64,000 nucleotides of DNA from Candidatus Aenigmatarchaeota archaeon (GTDB lineage: Archaea > Aenigmatarchaeota > Aenigmatarchaeia > GW2011-AR5). The notes under the pieces were generated by a model that ran no database searches, was not told where the DNA came from, and was given only the letters and a program-made list of their open reading frames with translations. Below, piece after piece: positions 45,560 through 57,322 of the stretch. A program made the position numbers and the translations under genes. The DNA lies in assembly GCA_016198685.1 (NCBI GenBank), contig JACQID010000004.1, positions 128,001-192,000 on the forward strand, read 5' to 3'. The stretch's first letter is position 1; every line of letters begins with the position of its first letter.

Positions 45560-46684
45560 TTACTTCTCCGCATCCTTGCCTTTTTTTATGCTTTCTCTCA
45601 TCTTCTGCATATCTATGGAGAGGTTCACAACGCCTGTTCCGATGGGCGCGACCTGCCCGACCATGACGTTTTCTATGACTCCAGTCATTTCATCGGCCTG
45701 TCCATAGAATGAAGCGTTGACAAGATGCTTCTTTGTTTCTTCGAAGTTAGCACGGGCAAGCACAGAGTATTTCTTTCCGGATACTCCGTATCTTCCAATG
45801 GATTTTATTGTTCCATCGAAAGTCATTGTATCAGCGAGCAGGTGCAAATACCTGTCATCGACATCTAATCCCTGCTCTTCGAGCGTATCTTTTGTTTCCA
45901 TGAAAATCATGTTGCGTGCAGCCTCAACGCCCAGAACCTCATAGACCTGGTAAAGGTCGTTTGTGACGGTCCTGGAAATGTCGACTTCTTCCATCTTGAA
46001 AACCTTCTCAAGATTGCTGCCGACTGTCTGAACTATCCAGTCTTCGCCTTCCTTGACCACGAGCACATTGGTGATTCCTTTTATGCCTGCCACATGGAAT
46101 GAAAGTATTTTGTTTCTGATCTTTCGCAGGTCCTTCTGGTCATCTTCTTTTGGCTTGACGTACACTTTGTTATCGCGGGCCGTTACTTCAGAACCTTTCA
46201 TGTATTTTTCTATGACCCTTTTTACCTCATCTTTATGGACCACATCGTCAAGTTCCAGTTCAATTTTCATGTCAATGAGATCTATTGAGTCGGATGTGAT
46301 AACGTCTGCGATTTTGAGTTCCTTCACCTTTGATGCAACTTCCTTTGCTTTCTCTTTGGTGTTATAGTTTGGCTTCAGGTATATTGTCATGTTTTTCTCG
46401 AACGTCTTGCGTGCATCAAAAATTTCTATGAGTCTTGGTAGTCCCTGCGTGACCTTGCTCAGTCTGTCGCTCTGCGATGCAAGCGTATAAGAACGCATGG
46501 TCATTTGCGTGGCCGGTTCAGAAAGGCTTTGAGCCGCTATTATGCCAATAGCTTCGCCCGGCTCGTAAAGGTATCTGTCCATGACCTCTTCAAGTTTCTT
46601 GAGCTTCTGTTCTCGCTCTTTGCCGGTAATGCCTTTCTTAATGCAATACTCATCAAATTTTTTCATGACGTTCTCAGGTATCAT
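45560..46684 (-). CDS. rpoA2: RNA polymerase subunit A'' (Rpo1C)
   Basis: [39 protein letters not shown]; start after GGTGA. Confidence 0.96.
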   Translation of the reverse strand: MIPENVMKKFDEYCIKKGITGKEREQKLKKLEEVMDRYLYEPGEAIGIIAAQSLSEPATQMTMRSYTLASQSDRLSKVTQGLPRLIEIFDARKTFEKNMTIYLKPNYNTKEKAKEVASKVKELKIADVITSDSIDLIDMKIELELDDVVHKDEVKRVIEKYMKGSEVTARDNKVYVKPKEDDQKDLRKIRNKILSFHVAGIKGITNVLVVKEGEDWIVQTVGSNLEKVFKMEEVDISRTVTNDLYQVYEVLGVEAARNMIFMETKDTLEEQGLDVDDRYLHLLADTMTFDGTIKSIGRYGVSGKKYSVLARANFEETKKHLVNASFYGQADEMTGVIENVMVGQVAPIGTGVVNLSIDMQKMRESIKKGKDAEK

Positions 46685-46688
46685 TTCA

Positions 46689-49148
46689 TCACCATCTATC
46701 AAAGTCTATCTTTCCTGCGTCGGACTTTGCGGGATCTACTCCATCGCCGCCGACGAAGAACTGGATTATGTGGCCCCTGCTGTTTCTTACTGTGCCGTCA
46801 TATTCAACGCGCAAATCCTGCAGTGCATTGACAAGTCTCCTCTCCATGTATCCGGAATGTCGCGTGTGAAGCGACTTATCCATGAGGTTTTCCCTCGAGT
46901 TCATGGCATCGAAGAAGAATTCAAACGGATCAAGGCTTTCTTTGTAACCGTGGGATACGAACCCTCTTGCCTTAAGGCCAAGGTCGCCGGCTGCAAAGTG
47001 CGACAGCGTCCTTCCTATGAATCCTCTGTGTATTCTTTCGCCTTCAAGCGCTTCCTGGCCGACGAAAGCGCACATCTGCGTCAGGTTAACGTAGCTGCCT
47101 CTTGCGCCGCTTACTGCCATTATGACTGAAGAGTTCAAGGGCAGATCCTTCTTGATTATGTCGCTTGCCTTGTTGGAAGCCTCTCCTCCAAGCTGCAGGA
47201 TTCTGCTCTCAAGCAACATTCTTGGATCCATGCCAGATGCCTTGTCTTCCTTGCCTTTGTGGTATTCCTTCACAAGAGTCTTTACTGCATTGTCATATTC
47301 TTCGGATATTTCTTCAAGCTTTTTCTTGCTCTTGTCGCTTATGTCTTCATCGCCGGACGATATGCTGAATCCTTTTTTGGATATGACTTCCAGTGCAAGT
47401 CGCGAAACTTTGTCAATGAAATCTCTGGCTTCTGCATGGGAATATTTCTTTTCTATGACATCTATAAGCTTGCCTTTCTTTTCTCCCAGTGCATTGTCGT
47501 CTATTACGCCCTTCTTCAGAGAGCCATTCTTTATTTCGACGGTCTCTCCGGAAGCGGATGTGTAGGTAATGTTGAAGTCCTTGGGAAGTATATAGCTGAA
47601 TATTTCTTTTCCTGTGTATTCGTCCTTGATTTCAAAGTCTTCTATACCTATGGCCGTAAGAAGTTCTGTCGCCTGTCTTCTGTTGAGCTTGGTTGTATCC
47701 TGCGTCAGAAGGAAGGAACCTGTTATATGGTCGTGCTTGCACGCGATGACAGGCTTTCCGTATCTTGGGGACCTGATGTGATTCTCAACTGCCATGAGCA
47801 TTTCAGCTTCAGTTCTGGCTTCCTCGGTTTGAGGAACGTGTATATTCATTTCGTCCCCGTCAAAGTCTGCATTGTAAGGTATTGTCACTGCCAGGGAGAG
47901 TCTGATGGTTCTATAAGGCATTATTCTGGCCTTGTGCGCCATCATGCTCATTCTGTGCAACGACGGCTGCCTGTTGACTATTACAATGTCTCCGTTGTCA
48001 AGGTGTCTTTCAACGATATATCCTGGCACTATTTCGTTGGATACGTCTTCCTTGTTTTCTTCTGTTATTTTCTTCCTTACGCCATCCGGCCTTATCACAT
48101 AATTAGCTCCCGGGTGCGTTGTCATGTTCTTTACGATTGATCTCATGTGTTCAAGGTTTAGGGTAGTTACTCTTGCAGGAATTGTCAGCTCTTTGGCTAT
48201 CTCAAGCGGTATGCCAACTTCGCTTATTGATAATCTGGGGTCGGGGGAGATGACCGTACGTGCCGAGAAGTTAACCCTTTTTCCGCTCAGGTTGCTTCTG
48301 AAGCGTCCTTCCTTCTTGCTGAGTCTCTGAACAAGCGTCTTCAGTGCCCTTCCGGATCTATGCCGTGCCGGCGGTAGCGTTGAGATTTCATTGCTCATCA
48401 AAGTAGAAACATGGTATTGTAAAAGTTCCCATATGTCTGCTATTATGAAGTCAGGAGCTCCAAGTTCGAGATTCTTTCTTAGTCTTTCATTTATTCTGAC
48501 TATGTCGACGAGCTTGTGCGTCAAATCGTCCTCGCTTCTCTCACCTGTTTCCAGCGTTATTGACGGCCTTACTGTCACCGGAGGCACAGGCAGTATCGTG
48601 AGTATGAGCCATTCGGGCCTGGTCTTTATTTTGAGGATTGCAAGATCATCATCGGTTATCTTTTCAAGGCGCTGTCTGACTTCTTCAGACGTTAGGTCCG
48701 TGTTGCCCTCTCTGTAGGAGGTAGGCTTGAAATAGGTGATTTCCTTTTGCTTCTCGCCGCATGCAGGGCATGTCTTGATCTTCTTCTTGTATATATGGGT
48801 CAATCTGTTGCCTTTGATCTTCTCTGATTCGTCCTTAGGAATAAGATTTGCAGAGCACTTTCTGCATGTCGATTTGAGAAGCATGTATATCTTCTTCCCG
48901 TAAAGCGGATGGACTATGGGCTTGGTAAGCTCAAGGTATCCGAAGTGGCCGAGGCATTGTCCTATTGTGCCGCCGCATGTCCTGCATCGAAGCCCCGGGT
49001 CAACGACACCAAGATGCAGATCAGCAAGACCGCCATCTATAGGATATCCGTCCGGGTCATAAAGCTCGGGTTGCTCTATCTTGATTGCGCTCATGTCCTT
49101 GATTATTTTTGGCGACAGGAATCCGAATTCTATGCTTTTGATTTTCAT
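46689..49148 (-). CDS. rpoA1: RNA polymerase subunit A' (Rpo1N)
   Basis: [11 protein letters not shown] catalytic motif, [23 protein letters not shown]. Confidence 0.98.
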   Translation of the reverse strand: MKIKSIEFGFLSPKIIKDMSAIKIEQPELYDPDGYPIDGGLADLHLGVVDPGLRCRTCGGTIGQCLGHFGYLELTKPIVHPLYGKKIYMLLKSTCRKCSANLIPKDESEKIKGNRLTHIYKKKIKTCPACGEKQKEITYFKPTSYREGNTDLTSEEVRQRLEKITDDDLAILKIKTRPEWLILTILPVPPVTVRPSITLETGERSEDDLTHKLVDIVRINERLRKNLELGAPDFIIADIWELLQYHVSTLMSNEISTLPPARHRSGRALKTLVQRLSKKEGRFRSNLSGKRVNFSARTVISPDPRLSISEVGIPLEIAKELTIPARVTTLNLEHMRSIVKNMTTHPGANYVIRPDGVRKKITEENKEDVSNEIVPGYIVERHLDNGDIVIVNRQPSLHRMSMMAHKARIMPYRTIRLSLAVTIPYNADFDGDEMNIHVPQTEEARTEAEMLMAVENHIRSPRYGKPVIACKHDHITGSFLLTQDTTKLNRRQATELLTAIGIEDFEIKDEYTGKEIFSYILPKDFNITYTSASGETVEIKNGSLKKGVIDDNALGEKKGKLIDVIEKKYSHAEARDFIDKVSRLALEVISKKGFSISSGDEDISDKSKKKLEEISEEYDNAVKTLVKEYHKGKEDKASGMDPRMLLESRILQLGGEASNKASDIIKKDLPLNSSVIMAVSGARGSYVNLTQMCAFVGQEALEGERIHRGFIGRTLSHFAAGDLGLKARGFVSHGYKESLDPFEFFFDAMNSRENLMDKSLHTRHSGYMERRLVNALQDLRVEYDGTVRNSRGHIIQFFVGGDGVDPAKSDAGKIDFDRW

Positions 49149-49149
49149 A

Positions 49150-52100
49150 TTAATCACCCACTTTGACCTTGGGATAGACACCCAGGCACTTCAATTCGTC
49201 AAGCATAAGCTTGAATGCATAGCTCATTTCAACTTCATCGATCTTGGATTTGGTGCATACTGGGCAATATTTCTTACCCTTGACTTTGTCTTCAACCGCA
49301 AACATGCCGCACTTGCTGCAGATAGGTACAGTATACTTGTCACTGCTGAATCTTTCCTTGAGCAGCAGAGAAGCTCCGTGAGCAAGCAGGCAATCCTTCT
49401 CCATTTCTCCCAGTCTTAGGCCTCCCTGCTTTACTCTTCCTGCCGTAGGTTGCTTGGTGAGCAGTGTTACAGGACCTCTTGCTCTGGACTGCACCTTGTT
49501 TGCAACCATGTGGTGGAGCTTTTGGTAATAGCATGGTCCTACGAGTATCTGGGATTCGAAACGCTTGCCTGTTATACCGTCATACATGACTTCCTTGCCG
49601 TCATCTCTGAATCCAAGTTCTTCGAGATTCTTTCTCAGGTCCTCTTCTTTGATTCCGTTGAACGCAGATGCGTCAACTTTTTTCCCGCTTACAGCGGAGA
49701 CCTTCGCCGCCACTATCTCAAGCAGCTGGCCTAGAGTCATTCTGCTTGGTATTGCGTGCGGGTTCAATATAATGTCAGGCGTTATGCCGCTTGCCGTAAA
49801 TGGCATGTCCTCCTCAGGGAGTATCAATGCTATGACACCCTTTTGTCCGTGCCTGGATGCAAACTTGTCACCGAGTTCAGGGAGTCTTTCGCTTCTGACA
49901 TTTATCTTGACAAGCTTGTTTCCGCTCGACGTTTGGGTTAATATAACATTATCCACAACGCCTTCTTCTCCATAGCGTATTGTTTCAGATGTTTCTCTTC
50001 TGTTTTCTGTTTCGACCATGAAGCTTTCCATCGGGCCGAAGAATCTCAGAGGAGATATCTTGCCGACGATTACATCGCCTTCCTTAACATCAGTTTCGCG
50101 GTTTACTATGCCATCCTGTGACAGGTTTGCGTATGCTTCCTCGGAGCGATAGCCGGAAACGGCTTTGTCGGGTATTCTTATTTCGTCTTTTTCTATGCCC
50201 CAATATCTCATTTCCTCGGTTGAATAATCACGAAGGAAGTAGCTGTGGCCGAATCCTCTTTCAATTGATGCCTTGTTAAGTACTATTCCGTCTTCCATGT
50301 TGTAACCATGGAAGCTCATTATGGCTATGACGACATTATGACCCTGAGGATGAACCTTGAGGCCTACTTCGTCACCGACTATTGTGCTGACAAGAGGCAT
50401 CTGAGGATAAAGCAGAACATCTGCTTTCGTGTCTGCTCTCACGAGGAAGTTTGCTGCATAGAGTCCGAGCGACTGGCCGGACATCTTTGCACCGAAGTTT
50501 ACTCGGTCTCCTCTGTTGTGCGTCGGGAAAGGCACGAGTGATGCAGATAATCCTAGCATCACGCCAGGATTGATTTCCAGATGAGTATTTTCTTTTGTTA
50601 TGGCGCTTTCGTCTATGGCTACAAGTGCGTTGTTTTCCTCTTCTGCATCAAGGTATTCTATCACTCCTTCCCGGAGCAGGTCGTTCCAGCCTAATTCTTT
50701 GGAGATAACCTTTTCGCCCAAATCCTTGGTCATCTTAGACTTTCCGTTTTCAACTATTATCAGCGGTCTCTGGACTCTGCCTGCATCTGTGTTGATATGG
50801 ACTTCTGCAAATTCAGGAACCCATGATATGTTTACAGATGAGCTGATGTCTGAATTCCTTCTCTTCTGCTTTATCGCTTCAACGATCTTTTCTGGGTTGT
50901 CCGTTCCGCCGGCAATAAAGCCGTCAAGGAATATTGCATTGTCTCCGTTCTCCTTCTTGAGGAGCGATTCTATGACAGTCTTGTCCTTCTGCGTGGCAGT
51001 GTCTGTTATGATTGCGAATATTGCAAGGTATTTTCTCAAGCCTATGTTCACGCCTTCGGGCGTTTCTTCGGCGCAGAGTCTTCCCCAGTGCGTAGGATGA
51101 AGAGCTCTTGCTTCAAAATGCTCTTGGGAAGAGCTGAGAGGCGAAATGACGTTTCTCAGGTGAGCGACTGTTCTGACAAAGTTCGTTCTTTCGAGTCTTT
51201 GGCATACTCCAGTTCTTCCGCCTACCCACTGGCCTGTAGCCATGTGCGATATTATTCTCTTTGTCAGGTACTCGCTTTCGACAATAGACTGTATAGAAGG
51301 CATTTTGCCCCTCTTAACAAGCTTCTGGTAAGAATACACAATTCTGGACACAAGCCCGTATTTGCCGAGCAGTACGGAGCGGAACAGTATTTCAAAGAAA
51401 TCCGCGACCATTCGCAGCCTCTTGTTGCCATAATGGTCTATGTCCTGTTCTTCAACGTCGTTGAGTCCTAGTCTTATGACTTTTCTAACAACCTTGGTCA
51501 TGTATGTTGCCTTGGTTAATCTATCCTTCTTTGTCTGACCAAGGTGAGGCAAAAGATACTTGTCTAAAAGATCGTTTATTCTTTTGTCCCTGTATTCCTT
51601 CTGGGGTATCTTGATCTTCTTGCCAATATATTCCTTGGCATCATCGACGCTGTTGACGTTCGTTTCGTAAAGGTTGAAATATATTTCCTGCATTTCTCTT
51701 GGTTCCGTGGAAATCGATTCTATTATTTCCTTGTCAGTCTCAACTCCGAGCGCACGGAGTATGACAACAACCGGTATCTTCTTTATGTTGGCAAAAGAAA
51801 TCGTGACTATTCCGCCCTTCCTTTCAATGAGATGTCTCTGCACAAAGCCTGCGGATTCAGAGTTTATTCTTGCAGTTTCAACGCCGCCTCTTTTCTCAAT
51901 GATGGGTCTGTTGGAAAGAACTTCCTCCATCATGACGATGGCCCTTTCTGTTCCGTTTATTATAAAGTATCCGCCTGGGTCATCGGGGTCTTCTCCGGAT
52001 TCAATCAATTGGTCCCTGCCCATGCCTGATATCGTGCACAAGCCGGACTTAACCATGACAGGCAGATCGCCAATCTTGACTTCCTGAGCCTCCTGCTCAA

Positions 52101-52428
52101 CGCCGTTTATTACAGGAATCATTTCAATGAAAATAGGGGATGCATAAGTTAGGTTTCTTATTCGGCATTCGTTTGGCGTGACTGTTCTTACAGCGCCGTC
52201 TGCCTCCTTAATGTTGGGCTTGGGAATTCTGACTTTGCCTAAACGTATTTTAAACTCGGCAAGATCAGGCGTCTCAAGCTGGATTTCTCCTATGTCACCA
52301 AAAATCTTCTGAATACGTTTTTCGACGAATTCATTGAATGATTTTATGTGATGACCGTCAAAGCCAACCTGCTCTCTGAAACTGCCGACAAGAGACTTGT
52401 ATATTTTTGCGCTTTCATTCACTTGCAT
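49150..52428 (-). CDS. rpoB: RNA polymerase subunit B (unsplit Rpo2)
   Basis: GDKFASRHGQKG, NPHAIPSRMT, GGLRLGEME, C-terminal Zn ribbon. Confidence 0.98.
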   Translation of the reverse strand: MQVNESAKIYKSLVGSFREQVGFDGHHIKSFNEFVEKRIQKIFGDIGEIQLETPDLAEFKIRLGKVRIPKPNIKEADGAVRTVTPNECRIRNLTYASPIFIEMIPVINGVEQEAQEVKIGDLPVMVKSGLCTISGMGRDQLIESGEDPDDPGGYFIINGTERAIVMMEEVLSNRPIIEKRGGVETARINSESAGFVQRHLIERKGGIVTISFANIKKIPVVVILRALGVETDKEIIESISTEPREMQEIYFNLYETNVNSVDDAKEYIGKKIKIPQKEYRDKRINDLLDKYLLPHLGQTKKDRLTKATYMTKVVRKVIRLGLNDVEEQDIDHYGNKRLRMVADFFEILFRSVLLGKYGLVSRIVYSYQKLVKRGKMPSIQSIVESEYLTKRIISHMATGQWVGGRTGVCQRLERTNFVRTVAHLRNVISPLSSSQEHFEARALHPTHWGRLCAEETPEGVNIGLRKYLAIFAIITDTATQKDKTVIESLLKKENGDNAIFLDGFIAGGTDNPEKIVEAIKQKRRNSDISSSVNISWVPEFAEVHINTDAGRVQRPLIIVENGKSKMTKDLGEKVISKELGWNDLLREGVIEYLDAEEENNALVAIDESAITKENTHLEINPGVMLGLSASLVPFPTHNRGDRVNFGAKMSGQSLGLYAANFLVRADTKADVLLYPQMPLVSTIVGDEVGLKVHPQGHNVVIAIMSFHGYNMEDGIVLNKASIERGFGHSYFLRDYSTEEMRYWGIEKDEIRIPDKAVSGYRSEEAYANLSQDGIVNRETDVKEGDVIVGKISPLRFFGPMESFMVETENRRETSETIRYGEEGVVDNVILTQTSSGNKLVKINVRSERLPELGDKFASRHGQKGVIALILPEEDMPFTASGITPDIILNPHAIPSRMTLGQLLEIVAAKVSAVSGKKVDASAFNGIKEEDLRKNLEELGFRDDGKEVMYDGITGKRFESQILVGPCYYQKLHHMVANKVQSRARGPVTLLTKQPTAGRVKQGGLRLGEMEKDCLLAHGASLLLKERFSSDKYTVPICSKCGMFAVEDKVKGKKYCPVCTKSKIDEVEMSYAFKLMLDELKCLGVYPKVKVGD

Positions 52429-52439
52429 ATGATTCACCT

Positions 52440-52676
52440 TTAGACAACCACTCTATAATATAGGGTCGTTTCCCCTTCAGAAACTCTTGTTATTTTGACT
52501 ACATCGCCTTTCTTTGCGCCCAGCTTTTTGGAAACAGAATCGTCTGCATTCATTCGTGGAAGCTGATTCAGGCTCGCATTAAGCTCATTCAGGAGAAGAG
52601 CTTTCTCTTCGTCATTAAGGAGTTCATGCTTCGGTACAATATGGCTCTCGAATATATTGATTTCTTTTTCTTCCAT
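52440..52676 (-). CDS. rpoH: RNA polymerase subunit H (Rpo5)
   Basis: HIVPKHELL, QLPRM...D, GDVVKI.R.S, YYRVV. Confidence 0.96.
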   Translation of the reverse strand: MEEKEINIFESHIVPKHELLNDEEKALLLNELNASLNQLPRMNADDSVSKKLGAKKGDVVKITRVSEGETTLYYRVVV

Positions 52677-52689
52677 TGAACTCCCTCCA

Positions 52690-52796
52690 TGGGCCCGACG
52701 GGATTCGAACCCGCGACAGTCGGCTTTCTGCGGGCCCGGTGCCCTGCTGGCACAGGCTTAAAAGGCCGATGCTCTACCAGGCTGAGCTACAGGCCC
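52690..52796 (-). tRNA. tRNA-Lys (UUU) with 33-nt intron at 37/38
   Basis: GGGCCTG/CGGGCCC acceptor, TCGGC-CTTTTA|A-GCCGA anticodon arm, GCGGG-TTCGAAT-CCCGT; mature length 74. Confidence 0.92.
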
Positions 52797-52819
52797 TAGC
52801 GACTGGGTTGGTGCGAATA

Positions 52820-52922
52820 CGCCCTGGCCGGGAAATTCAAGATGATGCGGTCTGCAGCATCTTTTTGAACCCGGGTCGCAGCCTTGACAAGGCTGCATGC
52901 TAGGCCGCTACACCACCAAGGC
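52820..52922 (-). tRNA. tRNA-Asp (GUC) with 30-nt intron at non-canonical position 59/60 (52834-52863)
   Basis: GCCTTGG/CCAGGGC acceptor, CAGCC-TTGTCAA-GGCTG anticodon arm; the T-loop is interrupted and forms a full bulge-helix-bulge. Confidence 0.9.
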
Positions 52923-53026
52923 AACAGAGAAACATAGATTCAAGTAAAATATTAAAACTCATAAAGAATAGTCTTAAATCTAGTCCCCAATCCACACACC
53001 CTCCTGACGCAATCGCTTAATTATAA

Positions 53027-53146
53027 TGGCCAGCAACGTTCTGGTGTTCCCGGCTTGTAGGCCAGTACTTGCCATGTCGCAGGAGAGCTTGACTTCCAAG
53101 TTCGGAATGGGTTTGGGTATCGCCTCTCCGCTATGATCGCCGACCA
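53027..53146 (-). rRNA. rrf: 5S rRNA
   Basis: 120 nt; terminal helix TGGTCGGCGA/TTGCTGGCCA, conserved CCCATTCCGAAC, GAAGTCAAGC, GTACTG, GGGAA. Confidence 0.93.
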
Positions 53147-53166
53147 CATTTATTAAGGGCGATGTT

Positions 53167-53174
53167 TATTTAAA
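53167..53174 (-). promoter_or_regulatory. TATA box for the 5S rRNA gene
   Basis: TTTAAATA on the minus strand preceded by purine-rich GAAA, 21-28 nt upstream of the 5S 5' end. Confidence 0.55.
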
Positions 53175-53198
53175 AGTTTCTTTTGCCCTGTCTACGGC

Positions 53199-53819
53199 CT
53201 AACCTGCTTCTTTTGAAGGAAAAATGGCGCTAGACTGATTCGGCCACTTTATTGTCCGCCTCAACAACACCATCATGACAAAGATTGCGTTTGCAACAAC
53301 AAGCGAGGCAGGATACAACCATGTTGTTAATTCTAAATTATCAAAGGCTAGAATAGAGAGGGCAAATGTAACCGAACCTGCTGCAAAGGTTATGACAGTT
53401 TCCGAGTAGGGTTCGTAATATGCCTTCCTAAAAGTAGGTATGAATCCAAGAATATCAACAAGCGTCACTATTATTACTGCGCTCAAAGGATCGCTTGTAA
53501 TTTTCCAAATGACAATGCCTGCCAATGCCGCAACCAAACATAACCAATCGGATTTTTTTACATAGCTTATTCCTGATTTGAGAAAAGCTATTGATGAAAT
53601 AGCAAAGCATGTTGCTGCGGTTACTCCGGTAACCCACGCGCCTGCCCCGGCATTTTTTTCTATCTGCGCAAAGAAAGCGATCGCCGTCAATAGTCCCCAG
53701 ATAAACCACGAGAATACATGAGGTTTGGTTCTGTTTCTGAATATATTCAGGAAATAAGGAACATAACTTGCAAGACTGACAGCGACTGCAAGAATTGCAA
53801 GAGTGGTTTTATATTCCAT
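53199..53819 (-). CDS. PQ-loop-like multi-pass membrane protein
   Basis: Two repeats (YVPYFLNIF...KPH..SW and FIPTFRKAY..P.SE), about 7 TMs. Confidence 0.65.
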   Translation of the reverse strand: MEYKTTLAILAVAVSLASYVPYFLNIFRNRTKPHVFSWFIWGLLTAIAFFAQIEKNAGAGAWVTGVTAATCFAISSIAFLKSGISYVKKSDWLCLVAALAGIVIWKITSDPLSAVIIVTLVDILGFIPTFRKAYYEPYSETVITFAAGSVTFALSILAFDNLELTTWLYPASLVVANAIFVMMVLLRRTIKWPNQSSAIFPSKEAG

Positions 53820-53965
53820 AGTGTCTTCTAATATTAGAATTGGGTCTTTTAATTGGCTGTACTTCGGTGGTATTTTTAAATTTTTGCAAGATTATATTTT
53901 GAGACCATCGTCTGCCGCCTATGGCAGAAAACGAAGAATACTTTTGAAACAAGGAGGGTGATGAT

Positions 53966-55853
<1,888 letters not shown>

Positions 55854-55905
55854 AGCGTTGCCTTTTCTTTTTTATACCCTTATTGACTATATATTGCTTG
55901 ATTTC

Positions 55906-56397
55906 ATGGTCTCCAAAATAATTATTTTTGGCGCTATCATAGCTTTGCTAGTAGGCGGCATTGGCTACATATATTTTGGCGTCATCTCTCCTTCATCCGA
56001 AAAGCCGTCAATAGAGAAACCTATACTGCTTGAAGGCCAGGACATCAGCGAAGAGCACGTGTCTTGGCTGGCCAATGAATTAGGAGCGTATAAGATACAT
56101 AATAGTCTTTCTGGAGAGGCCGCTGAAATAGAAATATTCGTGGAAGGCACCGCATTTACAGTCACAAATTCCGGTAATTCGCCTTCTGCAACAAAAGGAA
56201 ATGCGGCAAACCCGGACATAAGGATAACTGCCGATAAGGCAAGCTTTGCAGAACTGATAAATTCAGAGAACATCAATTCGAAAATAGCTCAGCTGTATGC
56301 CAGCGGCAAAATCGGGGTTGAAATCCTGAAAGACGAAGCTACTTTGGCGTTGAAAGGCTACAAAGCTGTTTATGACCAAATAAGCGGCAATGCATAA
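55906..56397 (+). CDS. Membrane-anchored SCP2 (sterol carrier protein 2)-like lipid-binding domain protein
   Basis: N-terminal TM (start MVSKIIIFG), then IEIFV..FTV...G...PDIRI...F..L....LY..GKI.VE, an SCP2-like pattern. Confidence 0.55.
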   Translation: MVSKIIIFGAIIALLVGGIGYIYFGVISPSSEKPSIEKPILLEGQDISEEHVSWLANELGAYKIHNSLSGEAAEIEIFVEGTAFTVTNSGNSPSATKGNAANPDIRITADKASFAELINSENINSKIAQLYASGKIGVEILKDEATLALKGYKAVYDQISGNA

Positions 56398-56444
56398 ACA
56401 TATTTTATTTTACCGTACTTATAGTTGCGATGGCAACTATATAA

Positions 56445-57278
56445 ATGGACTACCCTGACGGCTTCAAAGAACTGGTTAATATGGTAAAAAAAGAGCCGGT
56501 TACTGTTGCATCAGGCAAGGAAATATGGGAAAAATTCTGTCGTGTCGTTTTTATAGGAAAAGACCGGTCTGATGCTGAGATAAGCTTTCTTATCGTGATG
56601 CTCAAGAAATATATTGATTATGATTATGTTCTCGCAACCGATGGCGAAGATTGGGAAAGTGCAGTACGGACCTTTCTCAAGGAACGCCTCGGCAAGATAA
56701 GGGACGAGAATACCGAAGCGTCTGTTTCAGGAGTTCTTCGCGATTTATTTTATATCACTGCCTCGATAAAAGGCGGTGCAAGATTCTTCAAGAAAAAAGG
56801 AATACTGGAAAATCTTGCGACGATGGTTTCAACTAAAGAAAAAACAAAGGAGTTGATAGATGAAATTGCCGAGGACGGGGATGTTGCAGGTATAAAATAC
56901 ACAAAAGCGATTCTCTGGCTCCAATACTGCGGCTTTGCAAAAGATTTTGCGCCTCCTGCCAAGCACCTGAAAACTTTCGTGAACAGCGATGTTGGGCCTT
57001 ATTACCGGTATTATGAAGATGACGAATACTTCATGAAGAAGGCGGAAGAAATGGCTTCTGACTTTCCGGATACGTCTTTGGCGGACGTTTATCGGGCCGT
57101 TTACCTTTACAGGACCTTCAAATCCGCAATGCCTCGCGGCAGCAAATTTACGCCGCGAAAGCTTCTAGAGTTTATGAAAAAGAAGAAGGTCTCTGTTTCA
57201 AAAATGTTTTCCATGCTATCCGATAGCGAAGGCAGGGAGGAGCTTGCAAAAAAGATGGCAGTATTTATGGGATACTAG
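56445..57278 (+). CDS. HhH DNA-glycosylase-fold protein (archaeal OGG-like) lacking the catalytic Lys/Asp
   Basis: WEKFCRVVF and GIKYTKAILWLQYCGF...APPAKHL align by eye with GIGYKEASHFLRNVG...IDRH. Confidence 0.5.
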   Translation: MDYPDGFKELVNMVKKEPVTVASGKEIWEKFCRVVFIGKDRSDAEISFLIVMLKKYIDYDYVLATDGEDWESAVRTFLKERLGKIRDENTEASVSGVLRDLFYITASIKGGARFFKKKGILENLATMVSTKEKTKELIDEIAEDGDVAGIKYTKAILWLQYCGFAKDFAPPAKHLKTFVNSDVGPYYRYYEDDEYFMKKAEEMASDFPDTSLADVYRAVYLYRTFKSAMPRGSKFTPRKLLEFMKKKKVSVSKMFSMLSDSEGREELAKKMAVFMGY

Positions 57279-57322
57279 GCATCTGAAAATGATTTATAAG
57301 TTTTGCATGTATACCTTAAATT

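Noticed and set aside
53826-53839. Perfect 14-bp palindrome TTCTAATATTAGAA between the PQ-loop gene and groES
   Set aside because: It is AT-rich and single, and I found no matching copy upstream of hsp20/grpE or dnaJ, so it cannot be called a heat-shock operator.
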